A stretch of DNA of 64,000 nt, from assembly GCA_040400855.1 (NCBI GenBank), contig JBBAPJ010000002.1, forward strand, positions 21,504 to 85,503, read 5' to 3'. Positions 36,045-46,090 of the stretch are shown here, piece after piece. The stretch is from Rubrivivax sp. GTDB lineage: Bacteria > Pseudomonadota > Gammaproteobacteria > Burkholderiales > Burkholderiaceae_C. Position 1 is the first letter of the stretch; each line of letters begins with the position of its first letter. Made by a program: the position numbers and the translations under genes. The notes below the pieces were generated by a model that was given only the letters and a program-made list of their open reading frames with translations, was not told the origin of the DNA and made no database searches.

Positions 36045-36642
36045 GCAGCTGGCGTTGGCCTGGGAGGTCCACGGGCGCGTGGCGGGGGTCGACGAGGCCG
36101 GGCGTGGCCCCTTGGCGGGTCCGGTCGTGGCAGCGGCCGTGATCCTGGAGGCCTCACGTCCCGTTCCCGGCCTGGCAGACTCCAAGGTGCTCACGGCGCG
36201 TCAGCGCGAGCAGCTCGAGGCGCAGATTCGCGGGCGCGCCTGCGCGGTGGCAATCGGCGAGGCGTCGGTCGACGAGATCGACGCGCTCAACATCCTGCAG
36301 GCCACCCTGCTTGCCATGCGCCGTGCGGTCGAGTCCCTGCAGCCATCACCCGACCGTGTCCTGGTGGATGGCAACCGCCTTCCGGTGCTGAAGGTTCCCG
36401 GCGAGGCCATCGTCAGGGGCGACGCGAAGGTGGCGGCCATCTCGGCTGCATCGGTCATTGCCAAGGTGCATCGAGATCGTCTATGCGAGGCCCTGGACCG
36501 GGCCTGGCCGGCGTACGGCTTTGCCGTGCACAAGGGCTATCCCACCGCTGCGCATCTGGAGGCGCTGGGCAGGCACGGGCCCTGCCCGGCACACCGACGC
36601 AGCTTCGCACCGGTTCGTGCAGCGCTCCTGCGCGCAGGCTGA
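36016..36642 (+). CDS. rnhB: Ribonuclease HII
   Basis: [20 protein letters not shown] and HKGY motifs. Confidence 0.96.
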   Translation: MPSSRRSPPEQLALAWEVHGRVAGVDEAGRGPLAGPVVAAAVILEASRPVPGLADSKVLTARQREQLEAQIRGRACAVAIGEASVDEIDALNILQATLLAMRRAVESLQPSPDRVLVDGNRLPVLKVPGEAIVRGDAKVAAISAASVIAKVHRDRLCEALDRAWPAYGFAVHKGYPTAAHLEALGRHGPCPAHRRSFAPVRAALLRAG

Positions 36643-36644
36643 CG

Positions 36645-37418
36645 ATGAAGATGCCGCGCCAGGTCACGTCCGCGCAGAACCCGCTGCTGCAGCGCGTGCG
36701 CAGGCTGACGCGCGAGGCGCTTGCCTACCGCAAGCTGGGCCTGGTCTGGGTTGAGGGCGAGCACCTGTGCAGCGCGTTGCTGGCGCACGGGCGCGAGCCG
36801 TTGACGGCCATCGTGTCGGAGAGCGCCTGGGCACAGGAGCGGGTGCAGGCGCTGGCCTCCCGGGCCGCCGAGGTGGTGTGCGTGCCCGATACAGCCTTCG
36901 CGGACCTGAGCGGGCTGCCCTCACCGGCCGGCCTCGGGATGCTCGTGGGCTGGCAAGCCACGCACGCGCCCTTGCAGGCCCTGCCCACGGTCGTGCTCGA
37001 CCGGATTCAGGATGCCGGAAACGCGGGCAGCCTGCTGCGCAGCGCGAGCGCCCTGGGCTTCCGGCAGGTGATTGCCCTCAAGGGTACGGCGGGCCTGTGG
37101 TCACCGAAGGTGCTGCGCGCAGGCATGGGCGCGCAGTTCGGCCTGGTCCTGCACGAGGGGCTGGAGGAGGACGCGCTGTGCAACCTGCCCGTGCCGCTGG
37201 TCTCCACGAGCCCGCACGCGAGCACTCCGCTCGATGCGTCGCGGTTGCCCTGGCCTTGCGCCTGGGTGTTCGGGCATGAGGGGCAGGGTGTGTGCGCGGG
37301 CGTGCGTGCGCGATGTGCGCACGAGGTGCGCATTCCCCAGCCTGGTGGGGAGGAGTCGCTGAACGTGGCCGCTGCTGCGGCGATCTGCCTGTACGAGTCG
37401 GTGCGCGGGCGTCAGTAG
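36645..37418 (+). CDS. TrmH/SpoU family RNA methyltransferase
   Basis: [18 protein letters not shown] and ESLNVA (SPOUT) motifs. Confidence 0.92.
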   Translation: MKMPRQVTSAQNPLLQRVRRLTREALAYRKLGLVWVEGEHLCSALLAHGREPLTAIVSESAWAQERVQALASRAAEVVCVPDTAFADLSGLPSPAGLGMLVGWQATHAPLQALPTVVLDRIQDAGNAGSLLRSASALGFRQVIALKGTAGLWSPKVLRAGMGAQFGLVLHEGLEEDALCNLPVPLVSTSPHASTPLDASRLPWPCAWVFGHEGQGVCAGVRARCAHEVRIPQPGGEESLNVAAAAAICLYESVRGRQ

Positions 37419-38236
37419 ACGAGCCGGTCGGGCCGTATGTCTCGCAGGATGGTGGTGGCGATCTCCTCGATCGACTTGTGCGTGGACGACAGCCAGTTGA
37501 TGCCCTCGCGGCGCATCATCGATTCGGCTGCCGAGACCTCGTGGCGGCAGTTGGCCAGCGCCGCGTAGCGGCTGCCGGGGCGCCGTTCGTGCCGGATCTG
37601 CGACAGGCGCTCGGGGTCGATCGTCAGGCCGAAGCACTTGGCCCGGTGCGGAGCCAGCGCCCCGGGAAGCCGGCCGCGGTCGAAGTCCTCGGGAATCAAG
37701 GGGTAGTTGGCGGCCTTGATGCCGTGCTGCATGGCGAGGTACAGGCTCGTGGGTGTCTTGCCCGAGCGGCTCACGCCGACCAGGATCACGTCCGCCGACT
37801 CGAGGTTGCGCGCCGACTGCCCGTCGTCATGCGCCAGCGAGTAGTTGATGGCCTCGATGCGCTCGTGGTACTCCTGGCTGCGTGCCGTGTCCGAGAAGCG
37901 CCCCACGCGGTGGTTCGACTTGACGCCGAACTCGTGCTCCAGCGGCTCGACGAAGGTGCGGATCATGTCGAGCACCAGCCCCGCGCAATCGGGCGAAGCG
38001 ATCACGTCGCGCACCGTGTCGTTGGCAAGGGTGATGAACACGATCGGGCGATGCCCTTCGGCGCGAGCCACGCTGCCGATCTCGTCACGCACGTGCCGCG
38101 CCTTCTCGACCGTGTCGACGAAGGGGCGCCGCACGTGCCGCGCCTTGACGGGGAACTGCGCCAGGATCGAGTTGCCGAAGGTCTCGGCCGTGATCCCGGT
38201 GCCGTCCGAGACGAAAAAGACGGTCCTGTCCGACAT
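37412..38236 (-). CDS. ppsR: PEP synthase regulatory kinase/pyrophosphorylase (DUF299)
   Basis: [16 protein letters not shown] and [15 protein letters not shown] motifs; divergent from ppsA. Confidence 0.95.
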   Translation of the reverse strand: MSDRTVFFVSDGTGITAETFGNSILAQFPVKARHVRRPFVDTVEKARHVRDEIGSVARAEGHRPIVFITLANDTVRDVIASPDCAGLVLDMIRTFVEPLEHEFGVKSNHRVGRFSDTARSQEYHERIEAINYSLAHDDGQSARNLESADVILVGVSRSGKTPTSLYLAMQHGIKAANYPLIPEDFDRGRLPGALAPHRAKCFGLTIDPERLSQIRHERRPGSRYAALANCRHEVSAAESMMRREGINWLSSTHKSIEEIATTILRDIRPDRLVY

Positions 38237-38284
38237 GCAACCCCCCGGTTTGCGCCGGCGCACCCGCTGCTCCGGACAAGTCCC

Positions 38285-38303
38285 TACAATGATCCCCAAT
38301 ATA
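38285..38303. promoter_or_regulatory. Putative overlapping divergent -10 elements for ppsA (+, TACAAT 38285-38290) and ppsR (-, TATATT 38303-38298)
   Basis: Two AT-rich hexamers on opposite strands, 7 nt apart, in an otherwise GC-rich intergenic region. Confidence 0.5.
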
Positions 38304-38424
38304 GCGCTGTCGCCCACCGCCGAGCCAACGCGATGCCTGCCCCACGACAAGAACAGCCAGAAGTCGGGCAGGACCGGGTCACGACGTGCGCGAAGGCCCC
38401 GGATTCTCATCAAGGAGCTTTCCC

Positions 38425-40824
38425 ATGTCCCCTTCGCACCTGGCGACCGCCCTGGTCGTCCCATTCGAACACCTGAGGATGACCGATGTCGAGGTGGTAG
38501 GCGGCAAGAACGCCTCCCTCGGCGAGATGATCAGCCAGCTGGCCGCATCCGGTGTGCGCGTGCCGGGCGGCTTCGCCACCACGGCACACGCCTTTCGCCT
38601 GTTCCTCGATCAGGGCGGGCTCACTGCCCGCATCCACGAGGCCCTCGACACCCTCGACAGCGATGATGTGAGGGCGCTGGCCGAGACCGGCCAGCGCGTA
38701 CGCCAGTGGGTGCTGGACACGCCGTTCCCGCCCGAGTTGGAGGCCGCGATCCGCGAGTCGTTCGCGACGTTGGTGCAGGGCCAGCCCGAGGCCTCCTTTG
38801 CCGTGCGTTCGTCCGCCACGGCGGAAGACCTGCCCGACGCCTCCTTTGCAGGCCAGCAGGAGACCTTCCTGAACGTCGTGGGCATCGACGCGGTGCTGCA
38901 CCGGATCAAGGAGGTCTTCGCCTCCCTCTACAACGATCGGGCCATCAGTTACCGCGTGCACAAGGGCTTCACGCACGCCGAGGTGGCGCTGTCCGCCGGT
39001 GTGCAGCGGATGGTGCGCTCTGACCTTGGTGCGGCTGGCGTGATGTTCACGATCGACACCGAGAGCGGCTTCCCGGACGTGGTGTTCATCACCTCGGGCT
39101 ACGGGCTGGGCGAGACCGTGGTGCAGGGAGCGGTGAACCCTGACGAGTTCTACGTTCACAAGCCCGCCTTGCGTGCAGGAAAGCTGCCGATCATCCGGCG
39201 CTCGCTGGGCTCCAAGCTCAGCCTGATGCGCTTCGCCTCCGACGAGGAACGCGCGCAGGGTGGCCGGCTCGTGACCACGGTGGACACGCCTGCGGAGATG
39301 CGCAACCGCTATTCGTTGTCCGACCCCGACATCATCGAGCTGGCCCGCTACGCGCTGGTGATCGAGGCCCACTACGGGCGCCCGATGGACATCGAGTGGG
39401 GCAAGGATGGCGTCGACGGGAAGCTCTACATCCTGCAGGCCCGTCCCGAGACCGTGAAGAGCCAGGCCGGCGCAGCCGTGGAGCAGCGATTCCGCCTCAA
39501 GAGCACCGGCCCAGTGCTGGCCGAGGGCCGCGCGATCGGCCAGAAGATCGGCACGGGCCGTGCGCGACTCGTGAGCTCCCTGGCGCAGATGGAGCACGTG
39601 CAGCCCGGTGACGTTCTCGTCACCGACATGACCGATCCCAACTGGGAGCCGGTGATGAAGCGCGCCAGCGCGATCGTCACCAACCGCGGCGGGCGCACCT
39701 GCCACGCCGCGATCATCGCGCGCGAGCTCGGTATTCCGGCGGTCGTGGGCTGCGGCGACGCGACCGAGACGGTTCCCGACGGTGCACTCGTCACCGTGGC
39801 CTGCTCGGAGGGCGACACCGGGTACGTCTACGACGGGCTGCTCGAGACCGAGATCCGGGAGGTGAAGCGCGGCGAGATGCCGCATTGTCCGGTGAAGATC
39901 ATGATGAACGTGGGCAACCCGCAGCTTGCCTTCGACTTCGCCCAGATCCCCAACTCCGGGGTGGGCCTGGCCCGGCTCGAGTTCATCATCAACAACAACA
40001 TCGGCGTGCACCCGAAGGCGATCCTCGACTACCCGAACGTGGATCCGGAGCTGAAGAAGGCCGTGGAGTCCGTGGCCCGAGGGCACGCGTCGCCCCGGGC
40101 CTTCTACGTCGACAAGCTGGCCGAAGGGGTGGCCACGATCGCTGCCGCCTTCTGGCCCAAGCCGGTCATCGTCCGCCTGTCGGACTTCAAGAGCAACGAG
40201 TACCGCAAGCTCATCGGCGGCACGCGCTACGAACCCGATGAAGAGAACCCGATGCTTGGCTTCCGGGGTGCCAGCCGCTACATCAGCGGCGACTTCAGCG
40301 ATGCCTTCGGCATGGAGTGCGAGGCCCTCAGGCGGGTGCGGCAGGACATGGGCCTGAGCAACGTGGAGATCATGGTGCCCTTCGTGCGCACGGTGAAGCA
40401 GGCGGCCACCGTGGTGGCCATGCTGGCCGATCGCGGCCTGAAGCGAGGCCAGGACGGGCTTCGGCTGATCATGATGTGCGAAGTGCCGAGCAACGCAATC
40501 CTGGCCGAACAGTTCCTCGAGCACTTCGACGGCATGTCGATCGGCTCCAACGACCTCACGCAGCTTACCCTCGGCCTGGACCGTGACTCCGGGCTTGAGC
40601 TGCTGGCCAGCGACTTCGACGAGCGTGATCCGGCGGTGAAGGCCCTGATCGCGCGCTCCATCGCCGCCTGCCGCGCCACCGGGAAGTACGTGGGCATCTG
40701 CGGGCAAGGCCCCAGCGACCACCCGGATTTCGCAGACTGGCTTGCGCGCGAGGGCATCGTCTCGATATCGATGAATCCGGATTCCGTGGTCGAGACGTGG
40801 CACCGGCTGGCTGCCGGCGTTTGA
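38425..40824 (+). CDS. ppsA: Phosphoenolpyruvate synthase
   Basis: [34 protein letters not shown] (phospho-His) and SIGSNDLTQ motifs. Confidence 0.98.
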   Translation: MSPSHLATALVVPFEHLRMTDVEVVGGKNASLGEMISQLAASGVRVPGGFATTAHAFRLFLDQGGLTARIHEALDTLDSDDVRALAETGQRVRQWVLDTPFPPELEAAIRESFATLVQGQPEASFAVRSSATAEDLPDASFAGQQETFLNVVGIDAVLHRIKEVFASLYNDRAISYRVHKGFTHAEVALSAGVQRMVRSDLGAAGVMFTIDTESGFPDVVFITSGYGLGETVVQGAVNPDEFYVHKPALRAGKLPIIRRSLGSKLSLMRFASDEERAQGGRLVTTVDTPAEMRNRYSLSDPDIIELARYALVIEAHYGRPMDIEWGKDGVDGKLYILQARPETVKSQAGAAVEQRFRLKSTGPVLAEGRAIGQKIGTGRARLVSSLAQMEHVQPGDVLVTDMTDPNWEPVMKRASAIVTNRGGRTCHAAIIARELGIPAVVGCGDATETVPDGALVTVACSEGDTGYVYDGLLETEIREVKRGEMPHCPVKIMMNVGNPQLAFDFAQIPNSGVGLARLEFIINNNIGVHPKAILDYPNVDPELKKAVESVARGHASPRAFYVDKLAEGVATIAAAFWPKPVIVRLSDFKSNEYRKLIGGTRYEPDEENPMLGFRGASRYISGDFSDAFGMECEALRRVRQDMGLSNVEIMVPFVRTVKQAATVVAMLADRGLKRGQDGLRLIMMCEVPSNAILAEQFLEHFDGMSIGSNDLTQLTLGLDRDSGLELLASDFDERDPAVKALIARSIAACRATGKYVGICGQGPSDHPDFADWLAREGIVSISMNPDSVVETWHRLAAGV

Positions 40825-40833
40825 CGGCGGCTC

Positions 40834-40884
40834 GGTTCCCGGGTCGGGCCTGACCCTCTCAGGGTCGGCCCTACCCGGGAAACC
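40834..40884. repeat. Long imperfect inverted repeat (about 21 bp stem) after ppsA
   Basis: GGTTCCCGGGTCGGGCCTGACCCT-CTC-AGGGTCGGCCCTACCCGGGAAACC. Confidence 0.8.
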
Positions 40885-40964
40885 CCCTCCCCGGCATGGG
40901 GCCCCTGGCGATGTTTCGTCAGAGACCAGTAAGGCCATCCGTCAAGAGTGCGCCGGCGCGCAAG

Positions 40965-41261
40965 ATGTTGATATTCCTCCAGGCATTGCAACTGATCCTC
41001 TACATCGCCCTGCTCGCTTTGGTGGGGCAGGGGATCCTCTTCGTCCTCGCCGGCCACAAGCGAGAGACCAATTTCTTCTACAAGCTCCTTCAGGTGCTGT
41101 CCAAGCCCTTCACGATTCCCGTGCGCCGGTTGACCCCCGCCAAGGTGGCGGATCAGCACGTGCCGATCGTCACCTTCTTCCTGCTGGTGGTGATCTACGC
41201 AGTCGTGACCTTCGAGATCGTCAACCTGTGCGTGCAGTCGCAGATGGCGGGTTGCAGATGA
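40965..41261 (+). CDS. Small hypothetical membrane protein (2 TM, loosely YggT-like)
   Basis: 98 aa; hydrophobic N- and C-terminal segments flank FYKLLQVLSKPFTIPVRRLTP; normal codon usage; ATGA overlap with the next gene. Confidence 0.7.
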   Translation: MLIFLQALQLILYIALLALVGQGILFVLAGHKRETNFFYKLLQVLSKPFTIPVRRLTPAKVADQHVPIVTFFLLVVIYAVVTFEIVNLCVQSQMAGCR

Positions 41262-41839
41262 GCAGGGGGCTTCCATACCTCTGGGCGAAGTGCCAGGCGA
41301 TGGCGCGGCTGGCGGTGGGGATGCGGCTGTCCGCGCTCGAGGCCTTCGATCGCATGGCGGCGCGCTGGCCCGACGACGCCTACGTTCGCGCGAGCCGGGC
41401 CCACCTCTACGCCGAGCTGGACCGGCTGCCGGAGGCCGTGGCCGAGGCACAGCGGCTCGTCGCGATCGATCCCGGCAACGCGCACCACTGGTACAACCAG
41501 GCCTACCTCCTGGAACGCGCGGACCGTCTGGAGGAGTCGCTCCAATCGTTCCAGCGTGCCACCGAACTCTCGCCCAAGCTCGATCTCGCCTGGTACGGCA
41601 TGGGCCTGGTGCTGATCAGGCTGGGCCGCTTCGACGAAGCGGTGCCGGTCCTGCAGCGCAACACCGAATTGCAGCCCATGAGCCCCTACGGCTGGTATCA
41701 GCTGGCCCGGGTTCATGTCGATCGTCACGATCCCGAAGCGGCGGTGAAGATCATTCGCCACCTCAAGGGATTCGAGCCCAAGGTCGCGGCGCAGCTCGAG
41801 CGCGAGACCGGGTTGCTGGCCGGCCAGCCCGCCTCCTGA
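41258..41839 (+). CDS. Tetratricopeptide repeat protein
   Basis: About 4 TPR units (WYNQAYLL, AWYGMGLVL, GWYQLARV) ending DP/SP/QP. Confidence 0.85.
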   Translation: MSRGLPYLWAKCQAMARLAVGMRLSALEAFDRMAARWPDDAYVRASRAHLYAELDRLPEAVAEAQRLVAIDPGNAHHWYNQAYLLERADRLEESLQSFQRATELSPKLDLAWYGMGLVLIRLGRFDEAVPVLQRNTELQPMSPYGWYQLARVHVDRHDPEAAVKIIRHLKGFEPKVAAQLERETGLLAGQPAS

Positions 41840-41960
41840 GGCGGGTGGTCGGCATGACGGGCGGGCAGGCCGGCGGCTGCAATCGGGTGCGCGCAAGCGT
41901 GCATGGGCTTATTCGAGAGGGCCGCCTGCGGGCGGATGTTGCAACGAAAGGGGTGTCGAC

Positions 41961-42218
41961 ATGCAGGTGAGTGAGAACCACCAGCGCTACTGGCAGAAGA
42001 ACCTTCGGATCACGGCCATCCTGCTGGCGATCTGGTTCTTCGTGACCTACGTCATCGGGTACCTGGCCCGTGACCTGAGCTTCACGTTCTTCGGCTGGCC
42101 GTTCAGCTTCTGGGTCGCGTCCCAGGGCTCGCTCGTCGTCTACGTGATCATCATCTGGTACTACGCTCGTTACATGAACAAGCTGGACCAGGAACACGGC
42201 GTGGCCGAGGAGGAATGA
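41961..42218 (+). CDS. DUF4212 family small membrane protein (partner subunit of sodium:solute symporters)
   Basis: YWQKNLR, FFGWPFSFWVASQGS and YARYMNKLD motifs; directly precedes the symporter. Confidence 0.88.
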   Translation: MQVSENHQRYWQKNLRITAILLAIWFFVTYVIGYLARDLSFTFFGWPFSFWVASQGSLVVYVIIIWYYARYMNKLDQEHGVAEEE

Positions 42219-44350
42219 CCATGGCAGGCCTGAGTTTCGACCACGCGGAAGGCTCCAGCAAGGAAGCCAACGCAGCTTTCAAGAAGCAGCTCAACAAGGT
42301 CTACGGCTGGTATACCGGGGGCTTCGTCGTCTTCGTCGTGCTGCTCGCGATCCTGGAGCAGTTCGGCATGTCGCGGGCCACCATCGGCCTCGTCTTCCTG
42401 CTGGCCACCGTGGCGCTGTATGCCGGCATCGGCATCATGAGCCGCACCAACGACGCAGCCGAGTACTACGTGGCCGGCCGCCGCGTGCCTGCCATCTACA
42501 ACGGCATGGCCACCGGCGCCGACTGGATGAGCGCAGCCTCCTTCATCGGGATGGCCGGCACGTTGTACCTGCAAGGGTACGGCGGCCTCGCGTTCATCAT
42601 GGGCTGGACGGGCGGCTACTGCCTGGTGGCGCTGTTCCTCGCGCCATACCTGCGCAAGTTCGGGCAGTTCACCATTCCCGACTTCCTGGGCGCGCGCTAC
42701 GACGGCAACCTGGCACGCTTCATCGGCATCCTGATCGCCATCATCTGCTCCTTCGTCTACGTGGTGGCGCAGATCTACGGCGTGGGTCTGATCACCACGC
42801 GCCTGTCGGGTCTTGCCTTCGAGATCGGCATCTTCGTCGGCCTGGGCGGCATCCTGGTGTGCTCGTTCCTGGGCGGCATGCGTGCCGTGACGTGGACGCA
42901 GGTGGCGCAGTACATCATCCTGATCATTGCCTACATGATCCCGGTGGTGTGGCTGTCGGTGAAGCAGACCGGCGTCCCGATCCCGCAGGCGGTCTACGGC
43001 TTCCAGCTGCAGAAGGTCACGGAGGCCGAGAAGCGGCTGATCGACGACCCGAAGGAGAAGGAAGTCATCGCCGTCTTCAAGAAGCAGTCGGACGACCTGG
43101 CCGCCAAGCTGAAGGACGTTCCCGCCGCGCTGAAGGCCGACAAGGAAGCTGCCGCCAAGAAGGTGGAGGACCTGAAGGCCGCCAACGCCCCGGTGGCCGA
43201 GATCCAGGCGGCCGAGAAGGCGCTGGCCGGGCTGCCGAAGGACGAGGCTGATGCCAAGGCTGCCTGGACACGCGCGAAGGCTGCCGCCGACGCACGCGCC
43301 CGGCCGCTGGCGGGCATGCCGCGCCATGCCCAGCAATACGCGGGCGATCCGAAGGGCGACGCCAAGGCGCAGGAGGTCTACAACACCTCACGTGCCAACT
43401 TCCTGGCCCTCGTCTTCTGCCTGATGGTGGGAACGGCTGCGCTGCCGCACATCCTGATGCGCTACTACACCACGCCGTCGGTGAAGGAAGCGCGCCAGTC
43501 GGTGACCTGGTCGCTGTTCTTCATCTTCCTGCTGTACTTCACGGCTCCGGCCCTGGCGGTGCTCGTCAAGTACGAGGTCTTCAATGTGCTGGTGGGCACG
43601 CCCTTCGACAAGCTGCCGGCCTGGATCTCAGCCTGGCAGAAGGTCGACCCGACCCTGTTGTCGGTGACCGACATCAACAAGGACGGCATCTTCCAGCTCG
43701 GCGAGATGCGCATCGGCGGTGACATCATCGTGCTGGCGACCCCGGAAATCGCGGGCCTGCCGTACGTGATCTCGGGCCTGGTGGCCGCAGGTGGCCTGGC
43801 AGCGGCGCTCTCGACGGCCGACGGCCTGCTGCTGACGATCGCCAACGCGCTGTCGCACGACCTGTACTACAAGATGCTCGACCCCAACGCCCCGACCTCG
43901 CGCCGGGTGATGATCTCCAAGATCCTCCTGTTGGTGGTGGCCATCCTGGCGGCCTGGACGGCGTGGCACGTGCAGGTGAGCAAGCTCGCCGACATCCTCT
44001 TCCTCGTCTCCGCGGCCTTCTCGTTCGCGGCTGCCGGCTTCTTCCCGGCGCTGGTGCTCGGGATCTTCTGGAAGCGGGCGACGAAGTGGGGCGCGGTGGT
44101 GGGCATGGTGGCCGGATTCGGCACGACGGCCTTCTACATGATCCAGAACCACCCGTGGATGCGCACCGTGTTCGGTGTGGATTCGCCGATCAGCCTGTGG
44201 GGCGGCATCGCGCCGATCTCCGCTGGCGTGTTCGGTGTCCCGGTCGGCTTCGCCGCGATCATCATCGTGAGCATGTTGACCCCTGCGCCCAACCGGGAGA
44301 TGCAGGAGCTCGTCGAGCACGTGCGCTACCCGAACATCAAGTCCGCCTGA
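42215..44350 (+). CDS. Sodium:solute symporter (ActP/VC_2705-like, probable monocarboxylate transporter)
   Basis: YYVAGR, NGMATGADWMSAASF, GTAALPHILMRYYT and AAALSTADGLL motifs; multiple TM segments. Confidence 0.9.
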   Translation: MTMAGLSFDHAEGSSKEANAAFKKQLNKVYGWYTGGFVVFVVLLAILEQFGMSRATIGLVFLLATVALYAGIGIMSRTNDAAEYYVAGRRVPAIYNGMATGADWMSAASFIGMAGTLYLQGYGGLAFIMGWTGGYCLVALFLAPYLRKFGQFTIPDFLGARYDGNLARFIGILIAIICSFVYVVAQIYGVGLITTRLSGLAFEIGIFVGLGGILVCSFLGGMRAVTWTQVAQYIILIIAYMIPVVWLSVKQTGVPIPQAVYGFQLQKVTEAEKRLIDDPKEKEVIAVFKKQSDDLAAKLKDVPAALKADKEAAAKKVEDLKAANAPVAEIQAAEKALAGLPKDEADAKAAWTRAKAAADARARPLAGMPRHAQQYAGDPKGDAKAQEVYNTSRANFLALVFCLMVGTAALPHILMRYYTTPSVKEARQSVTWSLFFIFLLYFTAPALAVLVKYEVFNVLVGTPFDKLPAWISAWQKVDPTLLSVTDINKDGIFQLGEMRIGGDIIVLATPEIAGLPYVISGLVAAGGLAAALSTADGLLLTIANALSHDLYYKMLDPNAPTSRRVMISKILLLVVAILAAWTAWHVQVSKLADILFLVSAAFSFAAAGFFPALVLGIFWKRATKWGAVVGMVAGFGTTAFYMIQNHPWMRTVFGVDSPISLWGGIAPISAGVFGVPVGFAAIIIVSMLTPAPNREMQELVEHVRYPNIKSA

Positions 44351-44410
44351 TCGCAGGCTGACGGCGATCGCAGCCGGGCCCCGTGCCCGGCCCGCCGCCT
44401 GACTTGAATC

Positions 44411-44442
44411 GACGCCCCGGATGCCTCGCGCACCGGGGCGTC
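44411..44442 (+). terminator. Hairpin downstream of the symporter (possible terminator)
   Basis: GACGCCCCGG-N12-CCGGGGCGTC perfect 10-bp stem; no clear U-tract. Confidence 0.45.
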
Positions 44443-44456
44443 GTGCATTCCGGCGC

Positions 44457-44462
44457 TATAAT
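44457..44462 (+). promoter_or_regulatory. sigma70 -10 (TATAAT) of the rpsF operon
   Basis: Perfect TATAAT with a GC-rich discriminator, 80 nt upstream of rpsF. Confidence 0.65.
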
Positions 44463-44542
44463 CCGCGATTCACCTTTGCTGCACCCCACCCGACGACGCG
44501 ACCGGGGGCAGCTTCCCTAGCCGGAATCCACAAGGAGATCGC

Positions 44543-44911
44543 ATGCGTCATTACGAGATCGTGCTCCTGATCCATCCGGATCAGAGCGAGCAGGTTCCAG
44601 CGATGCTGGAACGCTACCGGACCCTCGTCACCAACGGTGGCGGCAAGGTGCACCGGGTCGAGGACTGGGGCCGGCGGCAGCTGGCCTACATGATCCAGAA
44701 GCTCGCCAAGGCCCACTACCTGTGCCTGAACATCGAGTGCAGCAGCGAAGTGCTGACCGAGCTCGAGACGGGCTTCCGCTTCAACGATGCCGTGCTGCGC
44801 CACCTGACGGTGGCCAAGGGCAAGGCCGAGACCACGCCTTCCGTGATGATGAAGGCCGTGGAGCGTGAAGAGTCGCGCAAGGCCGCGCAGCAGCAGGAGG
44901 CGCAGGCCTGA
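44543..44911 (+). CDS. rpsF: 30S ribosomal protein S6
   Basis: MRHYEIV...[10 protein letters not shown]; AAGGAG SD. Confidence 0.98.
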   Translation: MRHYEIVLLIHPDQSEQVPAMLERYRTLVTNGGGKVHRVEDWGRRQLAYMIQKLAKAHYLCLNIECSSEVLTELETGFRFNDAVLRHLTVAKGKAETTPSVMMKAVEREESRKAAQQQEAQA

Positions 44912-44942
44912 GCTGCGTGCGCGGGCCCGGGAACCAGGACCG

Positions 44943-45227
44943 ATGAACCGGCTGGTGCTGAGCGCGACGCTGGCCGAAAGGGCTGCGATGCGTTTCACAC
45001 CGGCGGGTCTTCCGGCTCTGGATCTCGTGCTGGCGCATGAAGCCGAGGTCAGCCACGAAGGCCAGGTACGCAAGGTGTCGATGCAGCTCAAGGCGATCGC
45101 CATTGGCTCCATGGTTGCGACGGTCACGCCGCTCGCATTGGGGTCCGGGGCCGTCTACGCCGGTTTCCTCGCGCCTGCCCGCAACGGCCGTGGCCTGCTC
45201 TTCCACATCACCGACGTGCAGGCCTGA
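44943..45227 (+). CDS. priB: Primosomal replication protein N
   Basis: MNRLVL...[10 protein letters not shown]-fold; lies between rpsF and rpsR. Confidence 0.9.
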   Translation: MNRLVLSATLAERAAMRFTPAGLPALDLVLAHEAEVSHEGQVRKVSMQLKAIAIGSMVATVTPLALGSGAVYAGFLAPARNGRGLLFHITDVQA

Positions 45228-45272
45228 GACGGCCTGCCGCCCTCACGATCACACGTTTTCAGGAGTTCCACC

Positions 45273-45563
45273 ATGCCCCCACCACGCGGCAAAGGCAAGT
45301 TCTCGAAGGACCGCCGCCCCAAGCGCAACCAGCAGTCGCTGCTGTTCCGCCGCAAGCGTTTCTGTCGCTTCACGGTCGCCGGCGTCGAGGAGATCGACTA
45401 CAAGGATGTCGATACCTTGCGCGACTTCGTTGGCGAGAACGGCAAGATCACGCCTGCTCGCCTCACGGGCACTCGGGCGATCTACCAGCGCCAGCTCACC
45501 ACGGCCATCAAGCGAGCCCGCTACCTCGCGCTGCTGCCGTACTCCGACCAGCACAAGCTCTGA
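45273..45563 (+). CDS. rpsR: 30S ribosomal protein S18
   Basis: [17 protein letters not shown] and AIKRAR motifs. Confidence 0.98.
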   Translation: MPPPRGKGKFSKDRRPKRNQQSLLFRRKRFCRFTVAGVEEIDYKDVDTLRDFVGENGKITPARLTGTRAIYQRQLTTAIKRARYLALLPYSDQHKL

Positions 45564-45573
45564 GGAGGCCGCC

Positions 45574-46026
45574 ATGCAAGTCATCCTGCTCGAGAAGGTC
45601 GCCAACCTTGGCAACCTCGGCGACGTCGTCAAGGTCCGTGACGGCTACGCCCGCAATTTCCTCATCCCCTCTCGACTGGCACGCCGGGCGACCGAGGCCG
45701 CCATCCAGGAGTTCGAGGCCCGCCGGGCCGAACTCGAGAAGATCGCTGCGGACAAGCTTGCCGCTGCGGGCGCTCTGGGCGAGCAACTGGCCGGCAAGAC
45801 GGTGCGCATCGCGCAGCGTGCCGGTGTCGACGGACGCCTGTTCGGTTCCGTCACCAACCACGACATTGCCGAGGCCCTGGGCAAGATGGGCCTGAAGGTG
45901 GCGAAGGCTCAGGTGCGCATGCCCACTGGCCCGCTCAAGACTGTGGGCGAGCACACGGTTTCGGTGGCGCCGCACTCCGACGTGGTGGTCGACGTCACGG
46001 TGCAGGTGATGGCCCAGGCCGAGTGA
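45574..46026 (+). CDS. rplI: 50S ribosomal protein L9
   Basis: MQVILLEKV...GYARNFL and GRLFGSV motifs. Confidence 0.98.
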   Translation: MQVILLEKVANLGNLGDVVKVRDGYARNFLIPSRLARRATEAAIQEFEARRAELEKIAADKLAAAGALGEQLAGKTVRIAQRAGVDGRLFGSVTNHDIAEALGKMGLKVAKAQVRMPTGPLKTVGEHTVSVAPHSDVVVDVTVQVMAQAE

Positions 46027-46049
46027 CCGGGCAGCCCTGTCCCATGCCC

Positions 46050-46080
46050 GAGGGGCCGGCTTTGCCGGCCCTTCTCGCTT
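46050..46080 (+). terminator. Intrinsic terminator after rplI
   Basis: AGGGGCCGGC-TTT-GCCGGCCCTT stem followed by a pyrimidine tract. Confidence 0.6.
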
Positions 46081-46090
46081 GTGCGGCAGC

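Noticed and set aside
44463-44542. S6:S18-binding leader RNA upstream of rpsF
   Set aside because: The position fits, but I could not convincingly identify the diagnostic structure by eye. It needs a covariance-model search.
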